Shown piece after piece: positions 38,660 to 52,078 of a DNA stretch of 64,000 bases. Position 1 is the first letter of the stretch; every line of letters starts with the position of its first letter. Origin of the DNA: Octopus sinensis (lineage: Eukaryota); assembly GCF_006345805.1 (NCBI RefSeq), contig NC_043022.1, positions 20,212,001 through 20,276,000 of the forward strand, written 5' to 3'. A program made the position numbers and the translations under genes. The notes beneath the pieces were generated by a model that was not told the DNA's origin, made no database searches, and was given only the letters and a program-made list of their open reading frames with translations.

Positions 38660-38985
38660 AACTTCAAAAACAGGGTCTGTTTAACCGACTTCAAAATCAG
38701 GGTCCGTTTACTTGACTAGTCCTCACCCCTGAAATTTCAACTTCAAAAACAGGGTCTGTTTAACCGACTTCAAAATCAGGGTCCGTTTACTTGACTAGTC
38801 CTCACCCCTGAATTTTCAACTTCAAAAACAGGGTCTGTTTAACCGATTTCAAAAACAGGGTGCGTTTACTTGACTAGTCCTCTCCCCTGAAATTTCAACT
38901 TCAAAAATAGGGTCTGTTTAACCAACTTCAAAATCTGGGTCCGTTTACTTGACTAGTCCTCTTCCCCGAAATTTCAGGCCCTGTG
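38660..38985. repeat. Minisatellite, 4 x 79 bp
   Basis: aacttcaaaaacagggtctgtttaaccgacttcaaaatcagggtccgtttacttgactagtcctcacccctgaaatttc starts at 38660, 38739, 38818 and 38897. Confidence 0.95.
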
Positions 38986-40661
38986 TCTTTAGTAGAAAGG
39001 ATTATTATTAGGCAGAAGTGTTAACATGCTGGACGAAATGCCTAGTGATATTTTGTCCATCTGTATGTTGTGAGTTCAAATTTCACCGTGGCCAACTTTA
39101 GCTTTCATCCTTTCGAGGTTGATAAAATAAGTACCAGCTGAGTATTGGGGTTGATTGCATCAACCGGCTCCATCCCCCATAACTGGTGGCCTTGTGCTAG
39201 AATTTGAAATTGTTAGCATGCCAGACAAAATACTGGCAGAATCATTAGCACGCCTGGCGAAATGCCTAGTGGTATTTTGTCTGCCACTACGTTCTGAGTT
39301 CAAATTCCGCCAAGATCGACTTTGCCTTTCATCCTTTCAGGGTTGATTGAATAAGTACCAGTTACACACTGGGGTCGATGTAATTGACTTAATCCGTTTG
39401 TCTGTCCTTGTTTGTCCTCTCTGTGGGTAGTAAAGAAATAGGTATTTTGTTTTTCTTCATGTTCTGAGTTTAAATACTGCTGGGGTTGACTTTGCCTTTC
39501 ATCCTTTCTGGGTCGATAAACTAAGTACCAGTTATGCACTGGGGTTGATGTAATTGACTCATCCCCTCCCCCAAAATTTCAGGCCTTGTACCTATAGTAG
39601 AAAGGGTTATTATTATTATCATCATTTTTATTACTAAGGTTGCTAGCATGCTGGGCAAAATGTTTAGCGGCATTTCGTCTGTTATGTTCTGAGTTCAAAT
39701 TCCACTGAGGTCAACTTTACCTTTCATTTTTTTGGATCAATGAAATAAGTAGCACTAAAACTGGGGTCAATGTAATTGACTAGTACCTTTCTTCAGAATT
39801 TCAGGCCTTGTGCCTATAGTAGAAAGGACCATAAATATATATTGTATAAATATATATGCACCTAAAAATATATATTTGGTATAAATATATTATTTTGTTA
39901 TCTTGGATACTTATCAACTTTCTAGCTTTTATCACAACCAACCTAATTCCCATGGTTTATTATCTAATTCCCTAATCCTTTCTCCTTTGATTCTTCTTTG
40001 TAGTTTATTATAGAAATAAACACAAATACCAAAAATCTGATTTTATCTGCTACTAAAAACCAAGGAAACAATGTCCGTGTATTCATGTCGTTTCTCTGTG
40101 GAATCAATAAAGAATGGCTAATCAAATAAGAAGTACAAAGAATTGGTAACGTGGAATAATTTTGTTTTAGTTTGCTGTGAGAAAGTGAAGTCATCTAAAA
40201 GTTTAGGCTAAATACTTTATTCATCACCAAGGGAAAAAGGATAAAAAGCTTTTCCTGATCAGATCTTATTTTGTTTAGAGATCCTGTTAATATTCTTTTC
40301 TACTCTAGGCGCAAGGCCTGAAATTTTGGGGGAGGGGCCATTCGATTAGTTCGACCCCAGTATGCAACTGGTGCTAAATTTATCGACCCCGATAGGATGA
40401 AAGGCAAAGTTAACCTTGGTGGAATTTGAACTCGACTAAGCATACAACTGGATGTGTACACATGCATCTATATAGGTGACTGTCTACATTACTGCAATAT
40501 TTCTTTCATGCTGGCGTGGATTACACACATGCACGCATAAATACATACACATGTACATACATAAGTCAATCACATATATATATATATATATATTCTATAT
40601 ATATATATATATATATATACTATATATATATATATACAATATAGTAGAGATAGATATATAC

Positions 40662-40698
<37 letters not shown>

Positions 40699-40700
40699 AG

Positions 40701-40731
<31 letters not shown>

Positions 40732-40742
40732 GAATATTATAC

Positions 40743-40773
<31 letters not shown>

Positions 40774-40919
40774 CTATATATATATATATATATATACTAT
40801 ATATATGTAGTATATATACATATATATATGTATGTATATATATATATATATAATATATAATATATATATAACTATATATATATTACATATATACATATAT
40901 ATATATATACATATATTAA

Positions 40920-40975
<56 letters not shown>

Positions 40976-41059
40976 ACACACACACATTCCCCCTCCTACC
41001 ATTCTGCTGTCTTTGACAATACTACTCTTCTGTCTTTGAAAACATCTTTCTTCACCCTT

Positions 41060-41280
41060 TTCCTTCTGTCTTTCAAAATGTGACCTCGTGTGTACCATTG
41101 GCGATTTTTTTTCCTCTGTCTTCCCTTCTCTGGATCTCTCCCTCTCCTGTGTTTCCGACGAAGAGCTCCGCTCGAAACGTTAAACCCTCCTTCTTTCCTG
41201 AGCGTCCAATAATACTATATTTGTTCCACGTCCTCGCGTTGTTGTGTTTTTTTGTGCTTTCTTGTTTGGATTAACTATAT
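41060..41280 (+). mobile_element. Short PLE-terminal-repeat-like element (reverse copy at 62690-62900; relatives at 6075-6260, 29625-29770, 34740-34890)
   Basis: Shared gtttccgacgaagagctccgctcgaaacgttaaaccctcc...cctgagcgtc(c)aataatact...ttgttccacgtcct block, ending in cttgtttggattaa(TA)n. Confidence 0.7.
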
Positions 41281-41962
41281 ATATATATATATATGTATGT
41301 ATACACACACAAACACACACTCATATATACATATGTATGCATACATGTAAACACATCTATGTACACACACACACACACACACATACACACACAGAATTTT
41401 TAATTGAAACCAAAGCTATAAGCTTGTCTTTGTAATTCAAGCTTCATGCTTCCGATCACAATAGCATGAAACTCTAGATGCATGACAGCATGTACGAAGC
41501 ATTCCTCTTTCATTTTTTTGACATAAAGAAACATGTTCATATATACGCATGCACACACGTGTGTGTGTTGTGTGTGTGTGTGTGTGTATGATAATTGCCT
41601 TCTCTTGTCGGATGATAGCTGTCTCACATTCATCGTGATGGTTCCAATTTACTTTCATCCCTGCATGTGTGTGGATATGACTTTCCAGGCCACACATTCA
41701 TTGCCATAGGACTTTAAAAAATAGAAAAACGGATCAAGAAATGAAATGATAGCAAGACATCCGTACGTCATTGGATTTAAGAGACAAAAAGCTCATACAA
41801 CACTTTTGCCACTCTCTCAGTTGCTATGGTAGGTTCCGGTGACAAGCATTACAAGATGACTGATACTATAGTAACTGCAAAGTAATGACAGGGAAGGTAG
41901 CTCATCTAGGAAGAAGATACAAAAGAGACAAAGTCAGTATATATATATATATATATATATTT

Positions 41963-42240
41963 CTCTATATATAAAGCTGAAGTTGTCTGTGTGTGGCAGG
42001 TTTGGTAGCCTTCAACTAACACTATCTCCTCCAAGACCCTGTGGCACAACTTGACCAAAATTGAGAGTATGATAGAAGAAGGCTTGCTCTTCCTTCCGTA
42101 GAAGAAAAAATTCAAATTGGACCATGTTAACACCAAAAATTATTTACATCAAAAAGGTGCTTTTTTTCTATGAAAATCCCTATTTTTCAATGATTTTTTG
42201 ACTGCTGTGTCACCATTTTTCGGTGTATTTCAACCATAAA
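41963..42240 (+). mobile_element. 3'-truncated copy of the same Helitron-like family
   Basis: Reverse complement of about 3020-3300, with a 5' TC terminus. Confidence 0.75.
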
Positions 42241-42265
42241 AATGTCTAAAAAAACCATACGAAAA

Positions 42266-42592
42266 TTATGTTTGTTTTAAAACTTGAATAGAGTACATAG
42301 AAAGTATCTTGCGTAGCATATGAGCTATTTCCATGAGCACTATCTTTTGAATTTCTGCCATTTTGGGGTTTCCTGGTATCTGAGTTAGGTAGCAATCAGC
42401 CCCTTTTGCTATCATTCCCAGGGAACCTATGACAACAGGTATTGTTTTAGTCTTCAGGTTCCACATTTTGCTGATTTCTATTTCAAGATCTTTGTATTTG
42501 CTCAGTTTTTGGTAGGTCTTGACAGATACGTTTATATCGATTGGGACAGTCATATCAATGAGGAGGCATGTTTTTTGTCTGAAGTCTTTCAA
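42266..42592 (-). mobile_element. 5'-truncated R4/Dong-like non-LTR retrotransposon (restriction-like endonuclease domain)
   Basis: KTCLLIDMTVPIDINVSVKTYQKLSKYKDLEIEISKMWNLKTKTIPVVIGSLG...IQKIVLMEIAHMLRKIL matches the D-x-T-V-P, K-x2-K-Y-x-D-L and P-V-V-I-G-x-L-G motifs of RLE C-termini. Confidence 0.9.
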
Positions 42593-42604
42593 TATTATTA
42601 TTAT

Positions 42605-42967
42605 TGTGTGAGAGAGCAGTTCATGCCATCAAAGTGACACTATGGTAAAATATACGAAGCCCAATATACCCATCATGACTACCCATCTGATAAGGGTACA
42701 CCAGGCACATGCATCACAACCATATGTGCGCGACATGGTGATCTCATATCAAGATAAACAGCACATGACCTTGCAGGTGGGGCCCAGTTAGAATTTTCTT
42801 CAGGTTGAGTAGCCCATCCCGCTCAAAAGGTCCCTGAATAACGGTTGTTTAAGGATGTTGAAAGAACCACCCATGTTTCCAGAGGTGAATTATTCAAACC
42901 CCAAAGAATCCCTCTCAACACATGGCTATGATGCTCCCCCACTACTTCTGCTCGTGATCAGAGATGC

Positions 42968-42968
<1 letters not shown>
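42605..42968 (-). mobile_element. Retroposon 3' end with (AAT)n tail; a partial copy lies at about 10205-10430
   Basis: gaatccctctcaacacatg-x-tatgatg...actacttctgct-x-gtgatcagagatg recurs at about 10235 and 42908. On the minus strand it ends ctgctctctcac followed by (AAT)n. Confidence 0.6.
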
Positions 42969-43036
<68 letters not shown>

Positions 43037-44309
43037 GGTGGCAAGCTGGCAGCACCAGACAAAATGCTTCGCGTCATTTCCTCTATCTTCACATTCCAAG
43101 TTCAAACTTGCCTTTCATCCTTTCAGGGTTAATAAAATAATTATCCATCAAGTTCTGGAGTCAATCTAATTGAATTGCACCCCTTCTCCCCAGCCACCCC
43201 TCTAAATTACTGGCCTTGTGCCAAAATTAGAAACCATTATTACTTTTATTACAAAAAACCCCCCAGGATAGTTTGTAGGTGACAGTAGGTATAGTTAGCA
43301 TGGCCAACACATACGCTCCCATGCCTTGTGGCTTCTCTCACATTCATTACTCTCCTCCCCTCCCCTTCTCTCTCTCTCTCATATCCTGTCCCTCCTTCCC
43401 CCTCCTCACAAAAAACTTCCCCACTGTCACCTTCCCACACACAAACACCCTTGCCACCCTCTTCTCTACCCACGTTGTTATGTCATCGTAAATCCTATTG
43501 TTCTCCTCTCTCTCTCTTTCTCATTTGGCTGCCAGACTATAGAAAAGTTTGTCCTGGCTACCTTTTGGCACCAAGCCTACTACTACTGCTACTACTACTG
43601 ATGCCACAGCCGCTGGTGCTGCCACCGCCACCACCCACACCACTACTAATAACATCATTACCACTACTACCACCACAACATCACCACCACTACAATCACA
43701 ACTACCATAACCACTAATGTCAACCACCACCATCACACTACCCATCACCACCACAACTACCTATCACCACCACAGCTACCCATCACCACCAATACAACCA
43801 CGACCTCCACAACTACCACATTTCCTATATATACTCTCTTCTTTTCTACTAATCTGTTGATTGTACTTCACTATTTTAGTCCCTAATTCCACCATTTAAA
43901 ACCCTGGAGGTTTGCCACAAGGAACACGTTCTTGACTTTTCCAAAAGAAATTTTCTTCAAAAACAGTGTTTCTCAAAAACAAATCTAAAAGAAGAAAAAA
44001 AAGAAAATTATTTCCATTTTTTTAAAAATTTTATCTTCATCTATTGAAGGACTTTTATATTTTATAAGTTTTTTATTTTTATATTTAAAAAAAAAAAAGT
44101 CATGTCTGTCTGTGTGTCCATCTGCCCATCGGTCCATTCGGTTATTTAAAATCTGATCGATTGTCTGCCTGTTTACCTGTCTACCTGTCTCTCGGACTGT
44201 TTCCCAAACTCGTTAAGTTGTTCCTTTACTCACTCCAACTGCCTCTGTCTCCCTCTCTGTTTATCCCCCCCCCATATATATATATATATATATATCTTTC
44301 TCTTTCTTC

Positions 44310-44701
44310 CTCTTTTACTTGTTTCAGTCATTTGACTGCGGCCATGCTGGAGCACCTCCTTTCAGTCGAGCAAATCGACCCCAGGACTTATTCTTTGTAA
44401 GCCCAGTACTTATTCTATCGGTCTCTTTTGCCGAACCGCTAAGTGACGGGGACGTAAACACACCAGCATTGGTTGTCAAGCAATGTTAGAGGGACAAACA
44501 CACACATACACACATATATATATATATATACATATATACGATAGGCTTCTTTCAGTTTCCGTCTACCAAATCCACTCACAAGGCATTGGTCGGCCCGGGA
44601 CTATAGCAGAAGACACTTGCCCAAGATGCCACACAGTGGGACTGAACCCGGAACCATGTGGTTGGTTAGCAAGCTACTTACCACACAGCCACTCCTGCGC
44701 C
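44310..44701 (-). mobile_element. SINE family A, full length
   Basis: Same head, body and tail as the other family A copies. Confidence 0.9.
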
Positions 44702-45295
44702 TATATATACTTTATTTCAAAGCAGCAGAAATTCAACAAAACCTGTTACTCTGAGTTTCACTTTCCCGTTCGTCGGACAGTTTTTGCTATATATATATAT
44801 ATATATTGTATATATATATATCATCATCATCGTTTAACGTCCGCTTTCCATGCTAGCATGGGTTGGACGGTTCAACTGGGGTCTGGGAAGCCCGAAGGCT
44901 GCACCAGGCCCAGTCTGATCTGGCAGTGTTTCTACAGCTGGATGCCCTTCCTAACGCCAACCACTCCATGAGTGTAGTGGGTGCCTTTTATGTGCCACCA
45001 GCACAGGTGCCAGGTGAGGCTGGCAACGGTCACGTTTGGATGGTGCTTTTTACGTGCCACCAGCACTGGTATCACAACTACAATTTCCATTGATTTTTTT
45101 GATCGATTTATATATATATATATATATATATTATTTTAAGCCTTGTACTTATTTCATCAGTGACTTTTGCCAAACTGCTAAGTTAGGGGCAACATAAACA
45201 CATCAACACCAGTACTCAAGCAGTGTTGGGTGACAAACACTGACACAAAGATACACACATACATACATTCATTCATACATACATACATATGTGTG

Positions 45296-45347
<52 letters not shown>

Positions 45348-45803
45348 CGTGTCTGTGTGCATGCAATGATCATCTTTCAGTTTTCATCTACCAAATCCAC
45401 TCACAAGGCTTTGGTCAGCCCAAGGCTATAATAGAAGATATTTGCCCAAGGTGCCATGCAGTGGGATGAAACCTGCAACCATGTGGTTGGGAAGCAAACT
45501 TCTTACCACACAGCTATGCTCATCTTTTATTTTCTTTCAGTAATTAGCCTGCTGCCAAGCTAGGACAGCACATTGAAGAATTTTAACCGAATCAGTCAAC
45601 CCCAGTACTTATTTTTTATTTCAAGTGTGGTACTTATTCTATCCATCTCTTGCCTTTTACTTCTTCCTTGCTCCCATATTCTTGTGAAATGCTTACAAAC
45701 CATATTTATGTATGTATGTATAAATATGAATGCATGTATTTTGTGTGCCTGTATGGGCTTAGCCGTGTGGTTACTTCGTTATCGAGAAATCTTGTAGAAT
45801 ACA

Positions 45804-45841
<38 letters not shown>

Positions 45842-46003
45842 TATGGGCTTCTTTCAGTTTCCGTCTACCAAATCCACTCACAAAGCTTTGGTCAACCTGG
45901 GGCTACTGTAGAAAACACTTGCCCAAGGTGCCATGTAGTAGAACTGAACCTGGAACCATGTGGTTGGTAAGCAAGCTATTTACCACACAGCCATTCCTGC
46001 ATC

Positions 46004-46038
<35 letters not shown>

Positions 46039-46105
46039 TATATATAATATACATACACACAAACCTACACTCATTCATATATATGTATGTTTATGTATAT
46101 ATATA

Positions 46106-46140
<35 letters not shown>

Positions 46141-46186
46141 ATATATATGAATGTGTGTGTGTATTTATCTCTCCCTCTCTCTGTAC

Positions 46187-46239
<53 letters not shown>

Positions 46240-46512
46240 GCCTTTTATAATAAGAGATATATATATGTTACACTGGCACATGTACAAAGATATTTTCACA
46301 GACTTTTAACCTCATCTGTTATGTATTTACAGAACATTTATAGTTAAACGAAGTTTGTTATCCGATTATCATCAGGTGTCTTATTCTTAGCTAATATCTA
46401 CGTAATACCATACTGGATTGTGGAACTAGAAAGACTATAGTAGTCTCTTTATCTGCTAAGCCACTGGTGCGTGTACGAAGCTTATGGTTTTCCAGGCTAT
46501 TAGCATATATAC

Positions 46513-46544
<32 letters not shown>

Positions 46545-47872
46545 TGTGTGTGTATTTGCAATATTTATATATGACCTGTTTGAGGGTCAGGTCATTTAGT
46601 CAGATTGGAAGAATCATGGTTCTCATGTCAAATCTTATACAGTGAGTTCACTTCAGGGAAAAGACCATGGTTTTGCCCTCTTCGAAGATATAAGGACCAA
46701 CTCAAAGGTGTAATTTGGTGTAATTTTTTTGTTTTCACTTAATAAGGTGGTGAGTTGGCAGAATCGTTAGCATGCTGGATAAAATGCTATGAGGGCATTT
46801 CACCTATCACTGTGTTCTGATCTCAAATTCTGCTGAAGTCGACTTTGCCTCTCATCCTTTCGGGTCGATAAATTAAGTACCAGTAAAACACTGGGGTCGA
46901 TATAATCAACTAGTCCCTTCTCCCAAAGTTTCAGGGCTTGTGCCTATAGTAGAAAAGATTATTTTCACTCAATGAAGGTGGTCAGCTTGCAGAATCATTG
47001 CAGAATCATTAACTGGGCAAAATGCTTAGCATTGTGTCTCTGTCCTTTCGTTCTGAGTTCAAATGACACTGGGATTGATTTTGCCTTTCATCCTTTCGGG
47101 GTCAATAAATTAAGTACCAGTTGAGTACTGGGGTTGATGTAATCAACTACCCCCTCCCCCAAATTTCAGGCTTTTTGCCTATAGTAGAAAAGATTATTTT
47201 CACTTAATCATGCATTATCACAAAGCTTCAAGATCACAATGATGTGATTTTATGTTTTTAGAATAACATTGTAAGGTCAGTGTGAGAGGCCAGATCTGGT
47301 CAGTTTAAAGAATTAGAATGAATTATTTATTTATTTTTTAACCAAGTGATAGCCCCACATTGTCTCCAACACGGAAAGAAGGCTCCTTCAAAATCGCAAG
47401 CTCATGACCCGCGTAGCTCATTTATTTCACACATTGTTCTGTTGTGGCCTGAACAGTCTATATGTTATATGTGTCTGTCTGTTCGGCTATTCAGTTTTGT
47501 GCATTATTTATTTATCATTTCACATTTCCTTGAACAACTTGTCATCCTCTATAAGCTGGGGAGTTCATCATTGTTATCTCCTCTAAGGTACTTCCTGTCA
47601 TCTTCATTAATTAAAGGAAATGATACATTCTCATCCCAGCAACCCTCTGCCCTATTTTGAAAAGTTCACCCTATAGAGTTTCGTATTTGACATGTATGTT
47701 TGTTTGTGTGTGTGTGTGTGTGTGTGTGTACACAAGTGTATCTGAACACTTTTTGGTTTGCATTAACTCTTTCCAGGATGATTTCTAGAAATGTTTCTTC
47801 AGGAGAAGACAGAACCATAAAGGTATATTTATTTTAAAAAATACAAAATCTAAATATCAAAATATATATAGT

Positions 47873-47928
<56 letters not shown>

Positions 47929-50147
47929 ACCCCCATCATCATCATCATTTAATATCCATTTCTTCCAAGCAAAAATATACTAAATAATTTCTCTATACAA
48001 ACAAAAGCACTATTTATGATAGCATGTTAGCACTACACACATATGTATGTGTGTGTATATATATATATATATATAATTCTGTTCACATTCATTGTCTGAC
48101 CTATGTTAGCTACTGTAGGTAAGCTATATCATACCACCAACACCACTAACACAGAGTGTGGCCTCTCTCATCAGTATAAAAACTTTTTTGTCTCTTTAAA
48201 TACCCAAGGTATATCACTAATTTAACAATCTTGTCTAAAACTACAATCTGTTGTCTATAAACTGCAATTAAATCTAAAGGTGTTTCAGTGCTTCCCATTC
48301 TAACCCTTCCTTGGCTACCATTTCCAGAATTCTTACATTACCCAGAACACTTAGATGTCAAGAATTTAATATCATAGTGTTTCCCCAGGTACCTTACCTC
48401 CACCTTCCCTTATTTCTCATTCACTGATTTCGTTATATATTCACAGGTGAGAGTCATCACAGATTTTTTTTTTCCCCCTTAATTTTTTATGTCTTTCTTC
48501 ATCTTTTTTTCTAGTTACAAATTTTGAAGTTTTAGGTGGAGAACTGGCAAAGTCTGTTTGAATATCGGACAAAATGCTTTGCAGTAAATGCTGTTCTGTT
48601 CCTCTGATTTCAAATCTTACTGAAGTCTACCCAACCACATGGTTTAGGGTTTGGTCCCACTTTGTGTTTCCTGCCCATTTGTGTCATATATATATATAGG
48701 AGGTGATTTTGTGTCACAGAAGATCACAAAATCCTCTCAAAGGATCTTTATCTTGCAAGTTACTTGGGTGGCCTTGCCAGTGCTGGTGCTATGTAAAAAA
48801 AAAGTATTGAGTCCACACTGTAAAGTGGTTGGTGTTTGGAAGGGCATCCAGCTGTAAGAGCCGTACCAAATCAAGACACAAAAGTTTGGTGCAGTCTTCT
48901 GCCTGACCAGCTTCTGCTCTTGTCAAACCATCCAACCCATGCCAGCATGTAAGGTGGACATTGAATGATGATGATGATGATATATATGTTTGTTCGTGTG
49001 TGTGCCTCATGTTGACAGTCAAGTGATTGTTGTAAATGAGTGTCACTGTCATACAAGCAGTATTATTTGTTTCCAATCTTCCTTGAAGATATATTATCTG
49101 GTCTAGTGGAAAGAGAAAATATTACCTTATTACCTTGCTTGGAAACAAGTGAGGCTTAGCAACAGGAAGAGCATCCATCCGAATGTAGAAAATCTACTTC
49201 AGTGAATTCTGTCTGACCCATGCAAGCATAGAAAAGAGGATATTAAAATGATGGTGGTAGTGTGGATGATGATGGTGTTGTAATGGTGATAATGATGAGG
49301 ATATAAGAGGCAGCAGATCCCACTCAAAGTTAGGAAATGACATTTCTGTTAAAACGTCTAAATGTCTTATATAAGTTGTTAATAACATTATCATTTTTCA
49401 GACCATTAACCTCAGCTTCAAAGATGAAAGATTTTATTTTTTCTTTCCAATATTTACATCTAAACTACATTTTGCTTAGAGATCAAACTGATTAAAACAT
49501 AGTGTGAAGATGGAAATGTTGGGAGGAAAAAAAAGGAACCCAAAAAGCAAAACAAAACAAAAAGTATTGTTTCATCTACATCGATGAGGTTAATCTTCTG
49601 AGAAACGATTACTATATTGACATTTGTATTTAATGAGGAGAACTTTGAACTTCAGAATCAATAACTTAAATCCAATCTGTTCCTTGTTCTCATTTAGAAT
49701 TTTGTGCATCATCAAAGTTACACCTGCCCATGGCTTAAATGAATTCTTTGTGAACTGCAGTCACATTAATTTCATTGGTCTGTTTTTTACCTATGTCCTC
49801 TAGGCAATGAAGTGGCTCAACCATTTTTTGATGTTGTTGGAATCCTTTCACCTTCTTTTCAACCTTTTTTCCTTCCTTCCTTCTTAGAAACAGTATGAGT
49901 AGGTGCTGAAAAGATCCTGATTTTGGGTAAAAGAAAATGCAAGAAAATCAGTTAATTATGATTTTATTCAACATGTTACCCCCTCAGATTCACACATTTA
50001 TTGTAGTGATCCTTCAGTTTTTCTAAACCCTGTAAAAGAACTTAGAAGGTTGGGCCTCCAAACAGGCCTTTTCTGCACCCACTCGTGTATGTATGTATAT
50101 ATATATTTGTGTGTGTGTATATTTATATGTACACACACACACACACA

Positions 50148-50355
50148 TGAGGTGATGCTGAAAAGTTCCTGGCTTTGGGTAAAAGAAGATCAGTTAATTA
50201 TGATTTTATTCAGTATATTCCGTTCTCAGATTCACACGCTTATTGCAGTGGCCCTTCAGTTTTTCTGTTTTGTACAAGAACTCAGAAGGTTGGGTCCCCA
50301 ACCAGGTCTTTTGCGATACCCTTAAAACCAGGAACGTTTTTAGCACCCCCTCATA
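50148..50355. mobile_element. Mariner-type MITE; a partial copy lies at about 49900-50085
   Basis: Terminal inverted repeats tgaggtgatgctgaaaagttcctggcttt ... aaaaccaggaacgtttttagcaccccctca|ta. Confidence 0.75.
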
Positions 50356-52078
50356 CAGCAGTCTTGTGGTTAAGAAGTTTGCTTTGCAACCACAGTGATT
50401 CAAGTTCGACCCTACACTACACATTGGCAACTCAGGGCAAGTGTCTTTATCTACAGCAATCTATCAGATAGACCAGCAGTATCTTGTGTATAGAATTTAG
50501 TACAGGTAAACGATGCTCTTTAACCCACCTTCCCAATGCACCTCTTAAAATTATCACCACCTGTTGCAGCCCCCTACAGTCTCCCTCATATGCCTACCTG
50601 AACCCTCTATGCCCTCATTTGTACAAGTGCTTTTCACATGGTGGTGGTGCAGGTGCCTTTTACAAGTCACCAAATAACTTGCAAGACAAAAGCCCCTTCA
50701 ACTGGGAGGGGTGTTTCCACACAGTTTCCATCTAACAAATCCATTCTCAAAGTATTGGTTCGCTAGGGGCTATAGTAGAAGACAGTTGTTGAAGGTGCTG
50801 TGCAGTGCGATTGAACCCAAAAGCCACTTTTGCTAAGTGAGCTTCTTAACCACACAGCTATGCATGCATCCATGTTTTTAGAACTAAGACAACTCTTATA
50901 TATTCTTGTACCTACACCGCTATACTTTTTTTTTTTTTTATTAAGCTTCTGTAGTGGTTCATGTCCAAATAATAAAAATATAATTAGATGTTATGTAGAA
51001 TGAAAACAACATTTTCTCTAACACCAGAGCATACACTGCCAAATGGGTTCTGCGCCAAATTGGTAATGCCAAAATTTACCAAACCCTTTTTGTTACTCAA
51101 ATCAAACTGGTCTATTCTAGGAATTCCCTGTGTAATTGTATTAGCTTAAAAACTTTGGTTGGTGAAAACTTTTTCTGAAACAAATTAAGTATTCATTTAA
51201 CAAAATATCTAATGAAAATTTGATCTGACCTCCCCCCCCCTAATAAAAACAAGAAACCATATTCTTTGTGTGTTTGTAACATTCCTTTCTGGTTTAAAAT
51301 CACATTTTCTAAAGTTTCCTCTGTTTTTATATTACTTAATTTATTTCCTCGTTTAAATTCTAGCAGTTTTTCTAATTAGTAATTGATTTGATTTTCTATT
51401 TACTAATTGGAGGTTTCTTTGAGCAAAAAATATTAATTAGTTTTGTTATTTTTTATTTTATTTCTTTCTTTTTTTCTTTTTTTTTTTTGAGAAGACGGTT
51501 CCAGTGCCAAAACTATGATAGCTTTCATTCCTTTGCTGGAAGATATCCAGGCTAAGAAAATATCTTCTGATTTTTAAAAACCTACATTGTTGTATGTGTA
51601 ATTTGGGCAAAAATGACACCACTGTCTGGCCCTTGGGTGCTTTTAGCAGAGTCCATTGCATTGCATTCACACAGCTCTTTGGCTGGAAGCTAAATCAATA
51701 TTTATTGGTGCACAATTTCCTATTCAACAATGCGTGGCTTGTCTCTGACACTCATTCTTTTTTCCCACCTGTCCATCATAGGTGTCTTTTGAAAGTTGTT
51801 GGTACAACACTAGCCCTCTGATTAAAATAATAATAATCCTTTCTACTAAAGGTTCGAGGCCTGAAATTTGTGATAATAATGATAATAATAATAATAATAA
51901 TAATACTGTTTCAAAATTTTGCACAAAGCCAGCAATTTTGGGGGAGGAGTTAAGCGAGTCAATCCAAGTACATTGACCCCAGTGCTCAACCAGTACTTCT
52001 TTTTTCCAACCCTGAAAGGATGAAAGGCGAAGTTGACCTCAGTAGAATTTGAACTCTGTAGAATTTGGAGTGTTGTGG

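Noticed and set aside
38660-38985. CRISPR-like regular repeats (also 23170-23560 and 31370-31835)
   Set aside because: Contiguous tandem units without unique spacers, in a eukaryotic context, with no cas genes.
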